A DNA stretch of 64,000 bases from a virus, in UHGV virus genome UHGV-1372970; one strand, given 5' to 3'. This document shows positions 56,375 through 64,000 of the stretch, in pieces. The position numbers were made by a program, and so were the translations under genes. The notes under the pieces were generated by a model. That model saw only the letters and a list, made by a program, of their open reading frames with translations. It searched no databases and was not told where the DNA came from. Position 1 is the first letter of the stretch. Each line of letters opens with the position of its first letter.

Positions 56375-57195
56375 TTTTCATTCCCTGTTAATAACGCCTG
56401 ATGGCGCAAATGATGCGTCGTATTTTTCTGATACATGCCGCCGTAGGTGGCGTGGCCACTTAAACGGTCAATCTGGTGATGCAGGATCCGGTTGTCACCG
56501 ACATAAACAGCGCAGTGATCTGGCATCTTTCCGTACTGGATAAAGAAGATGTCGCCTTTCCGCGGCTCTTCCCTAGGCGCCAGGCGGACGAGATTTTCGT
56601 TGCGATAATTCAGATCGAGAATGTCTTCGTCGCCCAGATACCATGACGGAATATGCAGGTGGGCATTGGCATTAATCTCGACGTCGAACTCTCGCTTCAG
56701 GTAGTCACGACACAGCATCCAGCAATCGAAAATGCCAAAGACATAAGGGCGACCGGTGTACGGCATCTCGAAACCACCCGGCGTAATTACTTCCATCTCG
56801 CTTAAACGGAACTCGGCCTCAATGTCCGGGTTCAGGTTCTTTGTGACGGAAAGAATTAGCCATGGCAGTTCAGTCGCTTCGCAGCCGGCACGATCAGCGT
56901 CCGAGGGATTCGGGGAACGGTCAGTGTGGCTATGCCAGATTGCAACAACCTCACCTTCGTCTTCAGCAGCAATCACATCTTCGTGATGCATAACGAACTC
57001 ATTGACCGGGTCTTCAGAGACGTTTCTCGCTTCAATAAAGCGATACTTTTTCTCCGTCGTCTGGACAATGAAACCGCACGCTTCATTCGGGTAACGGGCA
57101 ATTGCGCACTGATACAGCGACTGCGTGAACAGTGAGCCGCCGATCGATTCAATATCACGAAACACGAGTGGCCCCCGGAAACCCGCCAAACGCAA
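56362..57195 (-). CDS. tail tip assembly protein, lambda K-like (JAB/MPN + NlpC/P60); probable GTG start near 57165
   Basis: YPNEACGFIVQ and WHSHTDRSPNPSDAD (JAMM) motifs. Cys/His NlpC/P60 half. Confidence 0.8.
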   Translation of the reverse strand: MRLAGFRGPLVFRDIESIGGSLFTQSLYQCAIARYPNEACGFIVQTTEKKYRFIEARNVSEDPVNEFVMHHEDVIAAEDEGEVVAIWHSHTDRSPNPSDADRAGCEATELPWLILSVTKNLNPDIEAEFRLSEMEVITPGGFEMPYTGRPYVFGIFDCWMLCRDYLKREFDVEINANAHLHIPSWYLGDEDILDLNYRNENLVRLAPREEPRKGDIFFIQYGKMPDHCAVYVGDNRILHHQIDRLSGHATYGGMYQKNTTHHLRHQALLTGNEKCLN

Positions 57196-57859
57196 TCACC
57201 CCGTTGGCAAAGAAGTTCTTCCTTGCCTTGCACGCATCCAGTCGCTTAGTGCAGTAGTCGTCGCTCAACTTAGAGGTTTGATTGTTGTCCTTGTCGAAAT
57301 ACGGACCGCTGTACCCACACTCCGCGCCACGATAATTCCACGGGCAGCTGTTTTTGATGATCTGACGCGCGGGCAGCTGAACCCCCATCAGGTCAAAAAC
57401 ACTGGATAGCTCAAATTCAACGCTCTCTTTGGTTTCTAACGTCTTCTGTTCCACGAACCATATTTCGTCCGGGAAGTGCTGAGAGGCGTCGGCGGTGGGG
57501 TTTCCAGCAGTAAAGTTAGAAGCATCAAGAAAACGCACCAGCGTGCGCCGGCGAGTGATGGTGCAACCAACCAGATCATCATTTGCGAGAACTTCGGCCG
57601 AGATTGCGCCCCCATAGTTAGAGACAACAAGCTTCGGTCGGGGCAATGTCCCGGAGCCTGTTTTATCGAAACCGCTGGCTTTAATCGGCCACGGCTTATA
57701 CTCGACCCCCTGCCAGATTACAGACGTGCCGAGTTTGTTCGTTCCTGCGTGGAAGAAGCTCTTCCCGCCTGAAGTTGTCACGGCCATATCAAGCTCAAAA
57801 AGCTCGATAACCGCGGAGGGTGACAACCCTTGAATTTCCGTGCGAATACTCATACTCAT
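57155..57859 (-). CDS. minor tail protein, lambda L-like
   Basis: Similar across its length to lambda L (WQGVEY, CPWNYRGAECGYSGP). Confidence 0.8.
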   Translation of the reverse strand: MSMSIRTEIQGLSPSAVIELFELDMAVTTSGGKSFFHAGTNKLGTSVIWQGVEYKPWPIKASGFDKTGSGTLPRPKLVVSNYGGAISAEVLANDDLVGCTITRRRTLVRFLDASNFTAGNPTADASQHFPDEIWFVEQKTLETKESVEFELSSVFDLMGVQLPARQIIKNSCPWNYRGAECGYSGPYFDKDNNQTSKLSDDYCTKRLDACKARKNFFANGVIAFGGFPGATRVS

Positions 57860-57907
57860 CCTTGAGTGCGAAACAAAACCTTATATTAATAAGTAAACAC
57901 TTACTTA

Positions 57908-58243
57908 TCAAGCCTCAAAAACTTGTCTAAGGGTACAAGTGATCTCCAAGTACCCTGGATACCGCTTAACAGTATGGGAATCACACACGCAGATAATTTT
58001 TTTATTGCGGGGTGTTGTCCAGAAGAACGACTCTACCGCCCCTCGCGCCATCAAGAAATCGTCAATGGCATTGCCGATCGCGTAAGGCTGTCGGAAGGTC
58101 AGAGACCATTCTTCTTTTATGCGGTTTAAACCCTGTGACTGGCGCTGCTCGTAGTCGTCGCCAAATTTCAGGACAGTAACTTCAGGCTTTATGGTTTTCT
58201 CAGACTCGAAGTCAGGGAACCAGGTGAATGTTTGTCTAGCCAT
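57908..58243 (-). CDS. minor tail protein, lambda M-like
   Basis: Matches lambda M (FGDGY, ESFFWTPP). Confidence 0.75.
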   Translation of the reverse strand: MARQTFTWFPDFESEKTIKPEVTVLKFGDDYEQRQSQGLNRIKEEWSLTFRQPYAIGNAIDDFLMARGAVESFFWTTPRNKKIICVCDSHTVKRYPGYLEITCTLRQVFEA

Positions 58244-58289
58244 TTCTCTTCCTTGAGAAACTGCCTACGTCCTGTAGGCAGTATTTTTG

Positions 58290-61200
58290 TTATCGGTTGC
58301 CGTTGGTGTTCTTATTGAGAGAACCACCGGGGCGCTTTTCTTGGGTGATCGTGTCGAGGACAATATTCTTAATCCTCTGAGCCGCATCATTCCAACCGCT
58401 ACTGTCGCTGTCTGAGCCAGACGTTGAGCTGGAACCATCAGAATTAACGCTGATATTGATAGCGACTGGCGCCACTGTTGAACCGCCTGTCATTCCGCCG
58501 GTCATAGTTACAGGAATAGAGCGACCGTCTGGCAGCGGAACATACGCCTCGTTCTGACGACCTTCACCAAACAGAGCGAGTTGAGGTGTGGTGGCAATAC
58601 CGCCCTTGGAGTAAGTTTTTAATGGAACCACTCCTTTTGGCCCAAAAATCCCTCCATTTGCGTGAGCCACTGCACCACCGCTGCCTCCGCTACCACCGCT
58701 GTCACTGCCACCACTATTGGCCATGCTGCCCGCCCAAACGGACGTTGCCGCCGAGACCATGGACATACCGAAGTTAAGCCAGCGCCCCTTTGTCGAGTTC
58801 GACCCTGCCCCCATCGACGCAAATACAGCGGCCAGGCCACCAGCTACCGACGACAGATTGTTCATGCTCAGGATATTTGAGCTGATCGCTTTCGTCTGAT
58901 TGCCGGTCGCAGTGCCGAGACCAAACAGTGACTTCGTTGAATCCCAGGCGCTGGAAACCATGCCAGACAATCCGCTGTTTGCGTTTTCCGTCGCCGTGCT
59001 CATTTGACTCATGCCGACGCTGGTCTCTTTCGCTGACTGACCGATCGACTTGTCGCCATTATTCACACTAGACTTGCCACCACCGGCCACAAGACTAACG
59101 CCCTGATTCAGCATTGCTCCCGCGACATTTCCGGTGCTGCCCGTACCGTTAGTCCCCATCCCCATCATGTTCATGATCGGCGCAGTAATCTGGGACTTCA
59201 CGATGATGCTTGCAATGTCTTTGACAATGGAACGAGCAAAATCACTGAAGCTAGCTTTCCCGTCCATAATGAAACTGGTGATAGTGTCCGTCATGCTGGA
59301 GAAGGCGTTACTCCAGACACCTTCGATCTGCCCTGCGACATCTTCATATTCCAGAGCCATCTTCTGTGTTTCAGTGCCAAACTGCTCAACGAATGCCCGG
59401 TTCCCGCCTTCCTGCATGGCCTTCAGGCTGCGCTGATACACGTCTTTCATTACATCAGACTGAGTTGTTGCAATGTAGCTCTGTAACGTATTGATATCGC
59501 GCTTATAGTCCTCCTGCCACTTCGCCATCGTCGCCTGGCGATTTGCGCCATCATACGAAGACATAATCCCGCTAGTGGTCGTGGTGAACTTGGACACCGT
59601 TTGCTCTGCAGAATCACGGTCAAGACGCTGAGAGTAGTCAGACGCATTGGCCTTGATGAAGTCGCGATCGCGGATCATCTGTTGCTTCTGATCAGCCGAG
59701 AACCGGGAACCTTCCGGTAACGACTTGCCGTTGATATCCTGATCTTTCAGCGCGTTGTCGATTTGAGTCAGCGTCTTTTTGACCGATTCATCAAACCCTG
59801 CGCTTGCCTTTGACGTAAGACCTAATTGCCCAGCCAATTCGTTTGCGCTAGAAACGACCTGCTGGTTCGCCTTTGCCACAATTGCATCAATACTTTGCTG
59901 CTTAGAGGCGGCGATATTGGCGCTCTGGAGACGCTTATTAGCGGCCGCTTGGTCTGCTTTAACAGCATCAGCAAGGCCTTTTTTAATCGACTTCTGCTCT
60001 GAATTACTCAGCTCTTCAAATTTCTTGCCACCAACAGCTGATAGATAACGCTGGTTAACGCTCATCTGGTTCTGGCCGGAAATAACATTCCCGAGTAGGT
60101 CGCGCAGCGCGGCGCCGGTGTCCGAGTTGACGAAGTCGCCGACTTTCTTACCTGCGTTATCAGTGATCAGCTTAATACGGTCGCCGGTTTTCGTCTGCGT
60201 GCTCAATTTTGGCGTGTCGCCAGTCATTGAACCTTTTGCACGGTCAACGTCCGCCTGTGCCATCTTGATCTGATTGTCGTTTAGATCGTTAATCTGGCGT
60301 GACAGAGCAACATTCTTAGTGTCGAGTGTTTTTTTCTGCTCGGCAGTAAGATTGCTGGCCTTTAGCTGGTCTTCGACAGACTTTTTCTGGTCTTGGAGAT
60401 TTTGCTCCAGAGTCTGATAACCCGCTAAACGCTTGTCCATTGCAGCAGCAAGCTTCTTCTGACGCTCGGCGTTCAGGTTCTCAAGTTTTGCAGCCCGCTG
60501 ATCAGCGCTTAATGACTTATCAGTCTCAATATCCTTGTAGCGATCTCGATAATCCTTGGCGGAATTGGAAAAAGACGCCGCGTCCTTGGTGAACTGATTA
60601 TCAATATCTCTCAACGACGACTGGATATTTCGGCTTATCTCTTTACTGGCTACGGCAACAACCGCTCCGCCCATCGCATTCTGAATATCCTGACGGTTCC
60701 CCTGGATATCTTTCAGCCCAGCATTGATATTGTCGATGTTGAATTTCTCACCCTTCGACATTTCTTTTTGCTGTTCTGGTGTAGCCGACATGTAAATGCT
60801 ACGACGACGCTTTAAATCGGCCTCGTCCTGATCCAGCTGATTCAGTCGAGCGTTAAGCGCAGCCTGTTCCTGCTTACCCATCGCTTCCGGGACGGCTTTG
60901 ATTTTCTCCAACGCATCCCCGGCTTTCTCTGCGACACTCTCAAACGTCGTCGCCAGAAGCGCTACAACCGCAACAACTGCAGTAATCCCGATAATGATTG
61001 GGTTGAACTGCAATGTTGCTGTGAAAGCCAGCCATGCTGTTTTTGCGCCACGAATCGCTTCAGTCACATTAATGACTGCAGCCGCAAACAATCCAATGTT
61101 ACGGATATCCTGAACAATTCGTCCAGTGACAGAAAGAAAGCCACCAACCGCTTTGGTTGCAATACCCAAGGATTTATTCAGCGAAGAGAACATCCCCAGA

Positions 61201-62813
61201 GCTGTGCCGAGAGTTCCGGTAATGACCGTGCTAAGCAGTTTAAAACCTAACCCCATCCCCACGATTGACGCGATAGTTTTTACCAGGCCAATGTTTTCCC
61301 CGAGCCATGAAGCCATATCCGTCAACGTTTTCACGATTGACGTCATACCCTGCCCGAAGTTGTAGGCAAACAACTGGCCCTCTGTCGTGTTCAGATAGGT
61401 CGACAATTGCTTGAGACTATCGGTCAGCGCATCGAGATAACCGCCTTTGGCCATGTTGTCAGAGAAGCGCATAAACGCCGTCTGCATCTGCGCCATCGCA
61501 CCCGTAAAGGTGTGAGAAAGACGATCAGCCGCACCCGCGCTATCAACCTCCATTCCGATGAAGAGCATGTCCAGTGCTGATTTCGCCTCAACGCTTCCAA
61601 GAGAAACGTCTTTAACGAGCTTCGCCATGCTGACACCCATCATATCTGCCATGGACTGCATTGCAGTTGGCACGGCTTCGCCCAACTGTTGACGCAACTC
61701 TTCCATAGAGATAACGCCCTTGCCGGACATCTGCTGGATGGCAACCGCTGCACGCTTCAGGATCTCGGAATCTCCGCCAAACTGAGCCACAGAGTTAACA
61801 AGCGCATTTAGCGAGCCGGTTGTCGGATCAATCCCACCAGCTTTCAATTTGACGAAGGCATCGGACACAGCATCTAGCGATACGTGGACCTTTTCGGAAA
61901 GCCCCATGATGTAATTCATGTCTCTTTCCGCGGCTTGTTGCGGGTTCTGCGCGTCCTTCTCCAGCCCCTGCAGCAAGATACGGGTATTCTGCATCTTGCT
62001 CATGGCCTGAATCAGCGGCTCTTGCCAGCTGAACAACACATCTTTAACTGTACGTGCCGCGTCACCAATTTCCCCTAAGAGGAAAATGTTGCCACGCAAC
62101 CCTTCGAATAGCCCTGATTCAGAGCGGCCACGGCCACCTGAATTACCTGAACCACCCCCTCCACCGGGTCCACCACCACCGCTACCGCCTACACGACCGC
62201 CGCCCAGGATCCTCCCATTAAGCGCTTTTTGACGATCGATAACTGCATCCATCTGGTCGCGAACGTTTTTAAGACCATCTGCGGCCTTGTCAGTCGTCCC
62301 TTTCCATCGATCTAACACCTTGCTGGTATTTGACAGGCGGCGGTTTAGTGACGATGTCGTGCTGCCCATCTCTGAGGCATCGGAGGAAAATCTCTTCGCG
62401 GATTTGCCAGCGTGATCCGCAAAGTCGGAAAAGTCCATGAGTTCGGACTGCGCCTTCTTCAGCGCGGAAGTGAGCGTACCAACCTTTGCACTCGTCTGTT
62501 CTACTCGTGTAGAAAAGACAGATAAGCTTCGGTTGATAGCTGCAATGTTTTCACGGATAGTGCGAAGACTTTGACCTGCCAGCTCGGTACCGGCAGCAAA
62601 GTCCTCCATTTTGTCGGCGCCTTTGCCAAGGGCGACACTTAGAACGGAAAACGAACGACCTGTCGCATTGACAGCTCGTTCGAGTGATGACATTTTTTTA
62701 GAGTTGTTAGAGGCCGTTTTACCAAATGTCTCTAACAGATTTCCCGCATTTTTAATTGACATTGAAAACTCCTTGTCATTCAACGTCAACTTAAAATCTA
62801 CAATATCGGACAT
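58290..62813 (-). CDS. tape measure protein (lambda H-like), 1507 aa
   Basis: Long coiled-coil, Gly-rich segments, TM-like stretches. Position between G/T and M. Confidence 0.85.
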   Translation of the reverse strand: MSDIVDFKLTLNDKEFSMSIKNAGNLLETFGKTASNNSKKMSSLERAVNATGRSFSVLSVALGKGADKMEDFAAGTELAGQSLRTIRENIAAINRSLSVFSTRVEQTSAKVGTLTSALKKAQSELMDFSDFADHAGKSAKRFSSDASEMGSTTSSLNRRLSNTSKVLDRWKGTTDKAADGLKNVRDQMDAVIDRQKALNGRILGGGRVGGSGGGGPGGGGGSGNSGGRGRSESGLFEGLRGNIFLLGEIGDAARTVKDVLFSWQEPLIQAMSKMQNTRILLQGLEKDAQNPQQAAERDMNYIMGLSEKVHVSLDAVSDAFVKLKAGGIDPTTGSLNALVNSVAQFGGDSEILKRAAVAIQQMSGKGVISMEELRQQLGEAVPTAMQSMADMMGVSMAKLVKDVSLGSVEAKSALDMLFIGMEVDSAGAADRLSHTFTGAMAQMQTAFMRFSDNMAKGGYLDALTDSLKQLSTYLNTTEGQLFAYNFGQGMTSIVKTLTDMASWLGENIGLVKTIASIVGMGLGFKLLSTVITGTLGTALGMFSSLNKSLGIATKAVGGFLSVTGRIVQDIRNIGLFAAAVINVTEAIRGAKTAWLAFTATLQFNPIIIGITAVVAVVALLATTFESVAEKAGDALEKIKAVPEAMGKQEQAALNARLNQLDQDEADLKRRRSIYMSATPEQQKEMSKGEKFNIDNINAGLKDIQGNRQDIQNAMGGAVVAVASKEISRNIQSSLRDIDNQFTKDAASFSNSAKDYRDRYKDIETDKSLSADQRAAKLENLNAERQKKLAAAMDKRLAGYQTLEQNLQDQKKSVEDQLKASNLTAEQKKTLDTKNVALSRQINDLNDNQIKMAQADVDRAKGSMTGDTPKLSTQTKTGDRIKLITDNAGKKVGDFVNSDTGAALRDLLGNVISGQNQMSVNQRYLSAVGGKKFEELSNSEQKSIKKGLADAVKADQAAANKRLQSANIAASKQQSIDAIVAKANQQVVSSANELAGQLGLTSKASAGFDESVKKTLTQIDNALKDQDINGKSLPEGSRFSADQKQQMIRDRDFIKANASDYSQRLDRDSAEQTVSKFTTTTSGIMSSYDGANRQATMAKWQEDYKRDINTLQSYIATTQSDVMKDVYQRSLKAMQEGGNRAFVEQFGTETQKMALEYEDVAGQIEGVWSNAFSSMTDTITSFIMDGKASFSDFARSIVKDIASIIVKSQITAPIMNMMGMGTNGTGSTGNVAGAMLNQGVSLVAGGGKSSVNNGDKSIGQSAKETSVGMSQMSTATENANSGLSGMVSSAWDSTKSLFGLGTATGNQTKAISSNILSMNNLSSVAGGLAAVFASMGAGSNSTKGRWLNFGMSMVSAATSVWAGSMANSGGSDSGGSGGSGGAVAHANGGIFGPKGVVPLKTYSKGGIATTPQLALFGEGRQNEAYVPLPDGRSIPVTMTGGMTGGSTVAPVAINISVNSDGSSSTSGSDSDSSGWNDAAQRIKNIVLDTITQEKRPGGSLNKNTNGNR

Positions 62814-62817
62814 TCCC

Positions 62818-63183
62818 TTATCCTATTCTTCCAAAGATTTCCATTAATTGCTCTTTGGCGTCAGGGTCTGCTTTCACTTTCGATGGATCGTAGACTTTAT
62901 CGGTTACGACTGGTCTTCCTACCCGGTATTGCAAACCCTCCATGAACGCCGTAGCGTCTTCCGCCCCCGCCTGTGCTACTCGTGACACCTGGAAACCTCT
63001 CAGGTCGTCTTCTGCTTTTAGACGGTCGATGTTGCGGCTTAGCATCCAGAAGGTTGCCAGTGGCAGCATCAGAACTTCTCGCGGCGAAATGGCGTAATAA
63101 GCAATAACTCGGCTGAAGTAGAATCCGAAGTCGATAGAGATCGTAACGACACCGGATTCTTCGCGGGAAATTACTTTACTTCT
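62818..63183 (-). CDS. T-segment of the tail assembly chaperone (expressed as a G-T fusion by -1 frameshift)
   Basis: Frame is open from 63183 and is -1 relative to G. No independent RBS or start. Confidence 0.5.
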   Translation of the reverse strand, partial: RSKVISREESGVVTISIDFGFYFSRVIAYYAISPREVLMLPLATFWMLSRNIDRLKAEDDLRGFQVSRVAQAGAEDATAFMEGLQYRVGRPVVTDKVYDPSKVKADPDAKEQLMEIFGRIG

Positions 63184-63488
63184 TCACCGGCAGCGGCTTC
63201 GTTCTCTTCATCTGCCTGTTCCATGGCAAAGGTGAAGATCTGCTGAAGCTGCGGAATACTCAGACGATTGATAACTTCCTGCGGAACGTCTGGCATAACC
63301 TCAGCCACCAGGCCAGCGTATGCCTCAACCTGATCCAGCATGGACATCGACTCGATGTCTTTACCTTCGAAGGCTTTGACTTTGGCAAACAAACCAACGG
63401 TCATTTCGGCAATGGCATAGGTTTTACCAGCCAGTTTGATTTCTTTTTTAGGTGGAAGGATGGAATCCAGATCCAGTAACTTAGTCAT
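63171..63488 (-). CDS. tail assembly chaperone, lambda G-like
   Basis: 105 aa with acidic C-terminus, between the major tail gene and the tape measure gene. Confidence 0.65.
   Translation of the reverse strand: MTKLLDLDSILPPKKEIKLAGKTYAIAEMTVGLFAKVKAFEGKDIESMSMLDQVEAYAGLVAEVMPDVPQEVINRLSIPQLQQIFTFAMEQADEENEAAAGEEVK
63174..63180 (-). other. putative -1 frameshift site A_AAG at the G stop codon (GTA AAG TAA), giving the G-T fusion
   Basis: tRNA-Lys can re-pair AAG to AAA. No classic X_XXY_YYZ heptamer. Confidence 0.4.
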
Positions 63489-63507
63489 TTAAAAATCCTT
63501 TTAAAAC

Positions 63508-63528
63508 AGAGGGCCGTCCTGACCCTCT
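63508..63528 (-). promoter_or_regulatory. stem-loop AGAGGGTC-AGGAC-GGCCCTCT followed by GTTTTAAAAGGA, upstream of G; an attenuator or processing element
   Basis: Same AGGA(A/C) loop as the hairpins before M and the side fibre. Confidence 0.4.
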
Positions 63529-63539
63529 AAAATCTGCAA

Positions 63540-63791
63540 TTAAGCGGTTACAGTTACGGTGACTTGCGAGGACACAATCGCACCGTCTTTCGTGGTAAAC
63601 GTAATCTTCGCAGTACCCGTTGCCACACCCTTCACAACGCCATTGGCGTCTACAGTTGCAATCGCTGGGTTACTTGAAGTCCATGTACCACCTTTTTCAT
63701 CTGCGGTTGACGGGGCAATCGTCTTAGTCAGCGTCGTTGTTGCTCCAACTCTGACTGACGCCGAAGCTGGCGACACAGTCACTCCCGTCAC
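63540..63791 (-). CDS. Ig-like (Big_2) domain appended to the major tail protein by -1 frameshift
   Basis: TVSPASASVRVGATTTLTKTIAPSTAD...TSSNPAIATVDANGVVKGVATGTAKITF fits the Big_2 pattern. No independent ATG; the track start is GTG. Confidence 0.65.
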   Translation of the reverse strand: MTGVTVSPASASVRVGATTTLTKTIAPSTADEKGGTWTSSNPAIATVDANGVVKGVATGTAKITFTTKDGAIVSSQVTVTVTA

Positions 63792-63793
63792 TT

Positions 63794-64000
63794 TTACTTT
63801 GGGGCCGAGAGAGTCCCCAACACGCCGGTGTCATCCGGGTACGCATTGAACTCAACAGAGAACACGCGAACATCATCTGACTTATAAGCCATGGTGAAGT
63901 TACCACCGGTAGCGGCATTCGGTAGAGTCAGAATGAAGTCAGTACCATCTTGCGGGGTCAGTACCAATTCCTGAGCAACATCAACGAGGTTGACGCCCTG
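63794..64000 (-). CDS. major tail tube protein (lambda V-like), 3' end only; continues beyond the window
   Basis: Open frame from the window edge to TAA at 63794..63796. Confidence 0.55.
   Translation of the reverse strand, partial: QGVNLVDVAQELVLTPQDGTDFILTLPNAATGGNFTMAYKSDDVRVFSVEFNAYPDDTGVLGTLSAPK
63797..63803 (-). other. -1 slippery heptamer C_CCA_AAG just before the V stop codon
   Basis: Zero frame reads ..GCC CCA AAG TAA. The -1 frame (CCC AAA GTA AAA GTG..) runs into the Big_2 ORF. Confidence 0.6.

Noticed and set aside
1-64000. T5-like (Tequintavirus) identity, suggested by the SbcCD + FEN + large tail fibre combination.
   Set aside because: The tail module is lambda-like (V, G/T, H, M, L, K, I, J). 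The replicase is DnaE rather than a family-A polymerase. A plasmid replicon and par system are present. It is a phage-plasmid rather than a T5 relative.

Overview
This window looks like a temperate phage that can replicate as a plasmid, with lambda-like tail genes and its own DnaE replicase. The SSU5/pHCM2-like phage-plasmid group is my best guess from memory and is not verified. Almost all core genes are on the minus strand and start after a shared RBS context, AAAGGAAAACAC-ATG.

Gene order along the window:
- 1-1.5 kb: SbcC/SbcD-like nuclease.
- 2.5-4.1 kb: a P1-type plasmid replicon (DnaA boxes, a GATC-heptamer cluster, 5 iterons, repA, 9 iterons).
- Small hypothetical genes, then an SPFH lipoprotein with a small membrane partner.
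- A RecA-like recombinase, flap endonuclease, gp32-like SSB and a DnaE that is split into two cistrons.
- CobS/CobT-like AAA+/vWA pair.
- An HTH regulator convergent with a tyrosine recombinase that has a 33-bp perfect palindrome just upstream of its start.
- An AT-rich block of plus-strand accessory (moron) genes, then glutaredoxin and an HNH nuclease.
- About 1.1 kb without confident CDS that holds two aberrant tRNA-like elements.
- ATP-dependent ligase, primase, DnaB helicase.
- ParA plus a ParG-like partner.
- A DUF1778-like/GNAT toxin-antitoxin pair.
- A lysis cassette: holin-like gene, putative peptidoglycan hydrolase, and overlapping Rz/Rz1 spanins.
- A side tail fibre with a C-terminal S74 chaperone domain.
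- The lambda-like tail tip cluster J, I, K, L, M, H, G/T, and the 3' end of V.

The observations I rank highest:
- J is 4144 aa because about 3000 aa of tandem ~37-aa repeats and repeated beta-sandwich domains are inserted into an otherwise lambda-J-like protein.
- Two plus-strand accessory genes carry HEPN-like Rx4H motifs.
- DnaE is split without an intein and the junction residues are duplicated in both pieces.
- An 11-bp tandem triplication frameshifts a gene at 5.6-6.3 kb.
- Two -1 frameshift sites: one appends an Ig-like domain to V, and one at the G stop codon would make a G-T fusion.
- Two genome-wide intergenic motif families: GATAAGTA-N2-5-TACTTATC palindromes and AAACAAGTTGTTT.
- AGGAC-loop hairpins sit just upstream of late genes.
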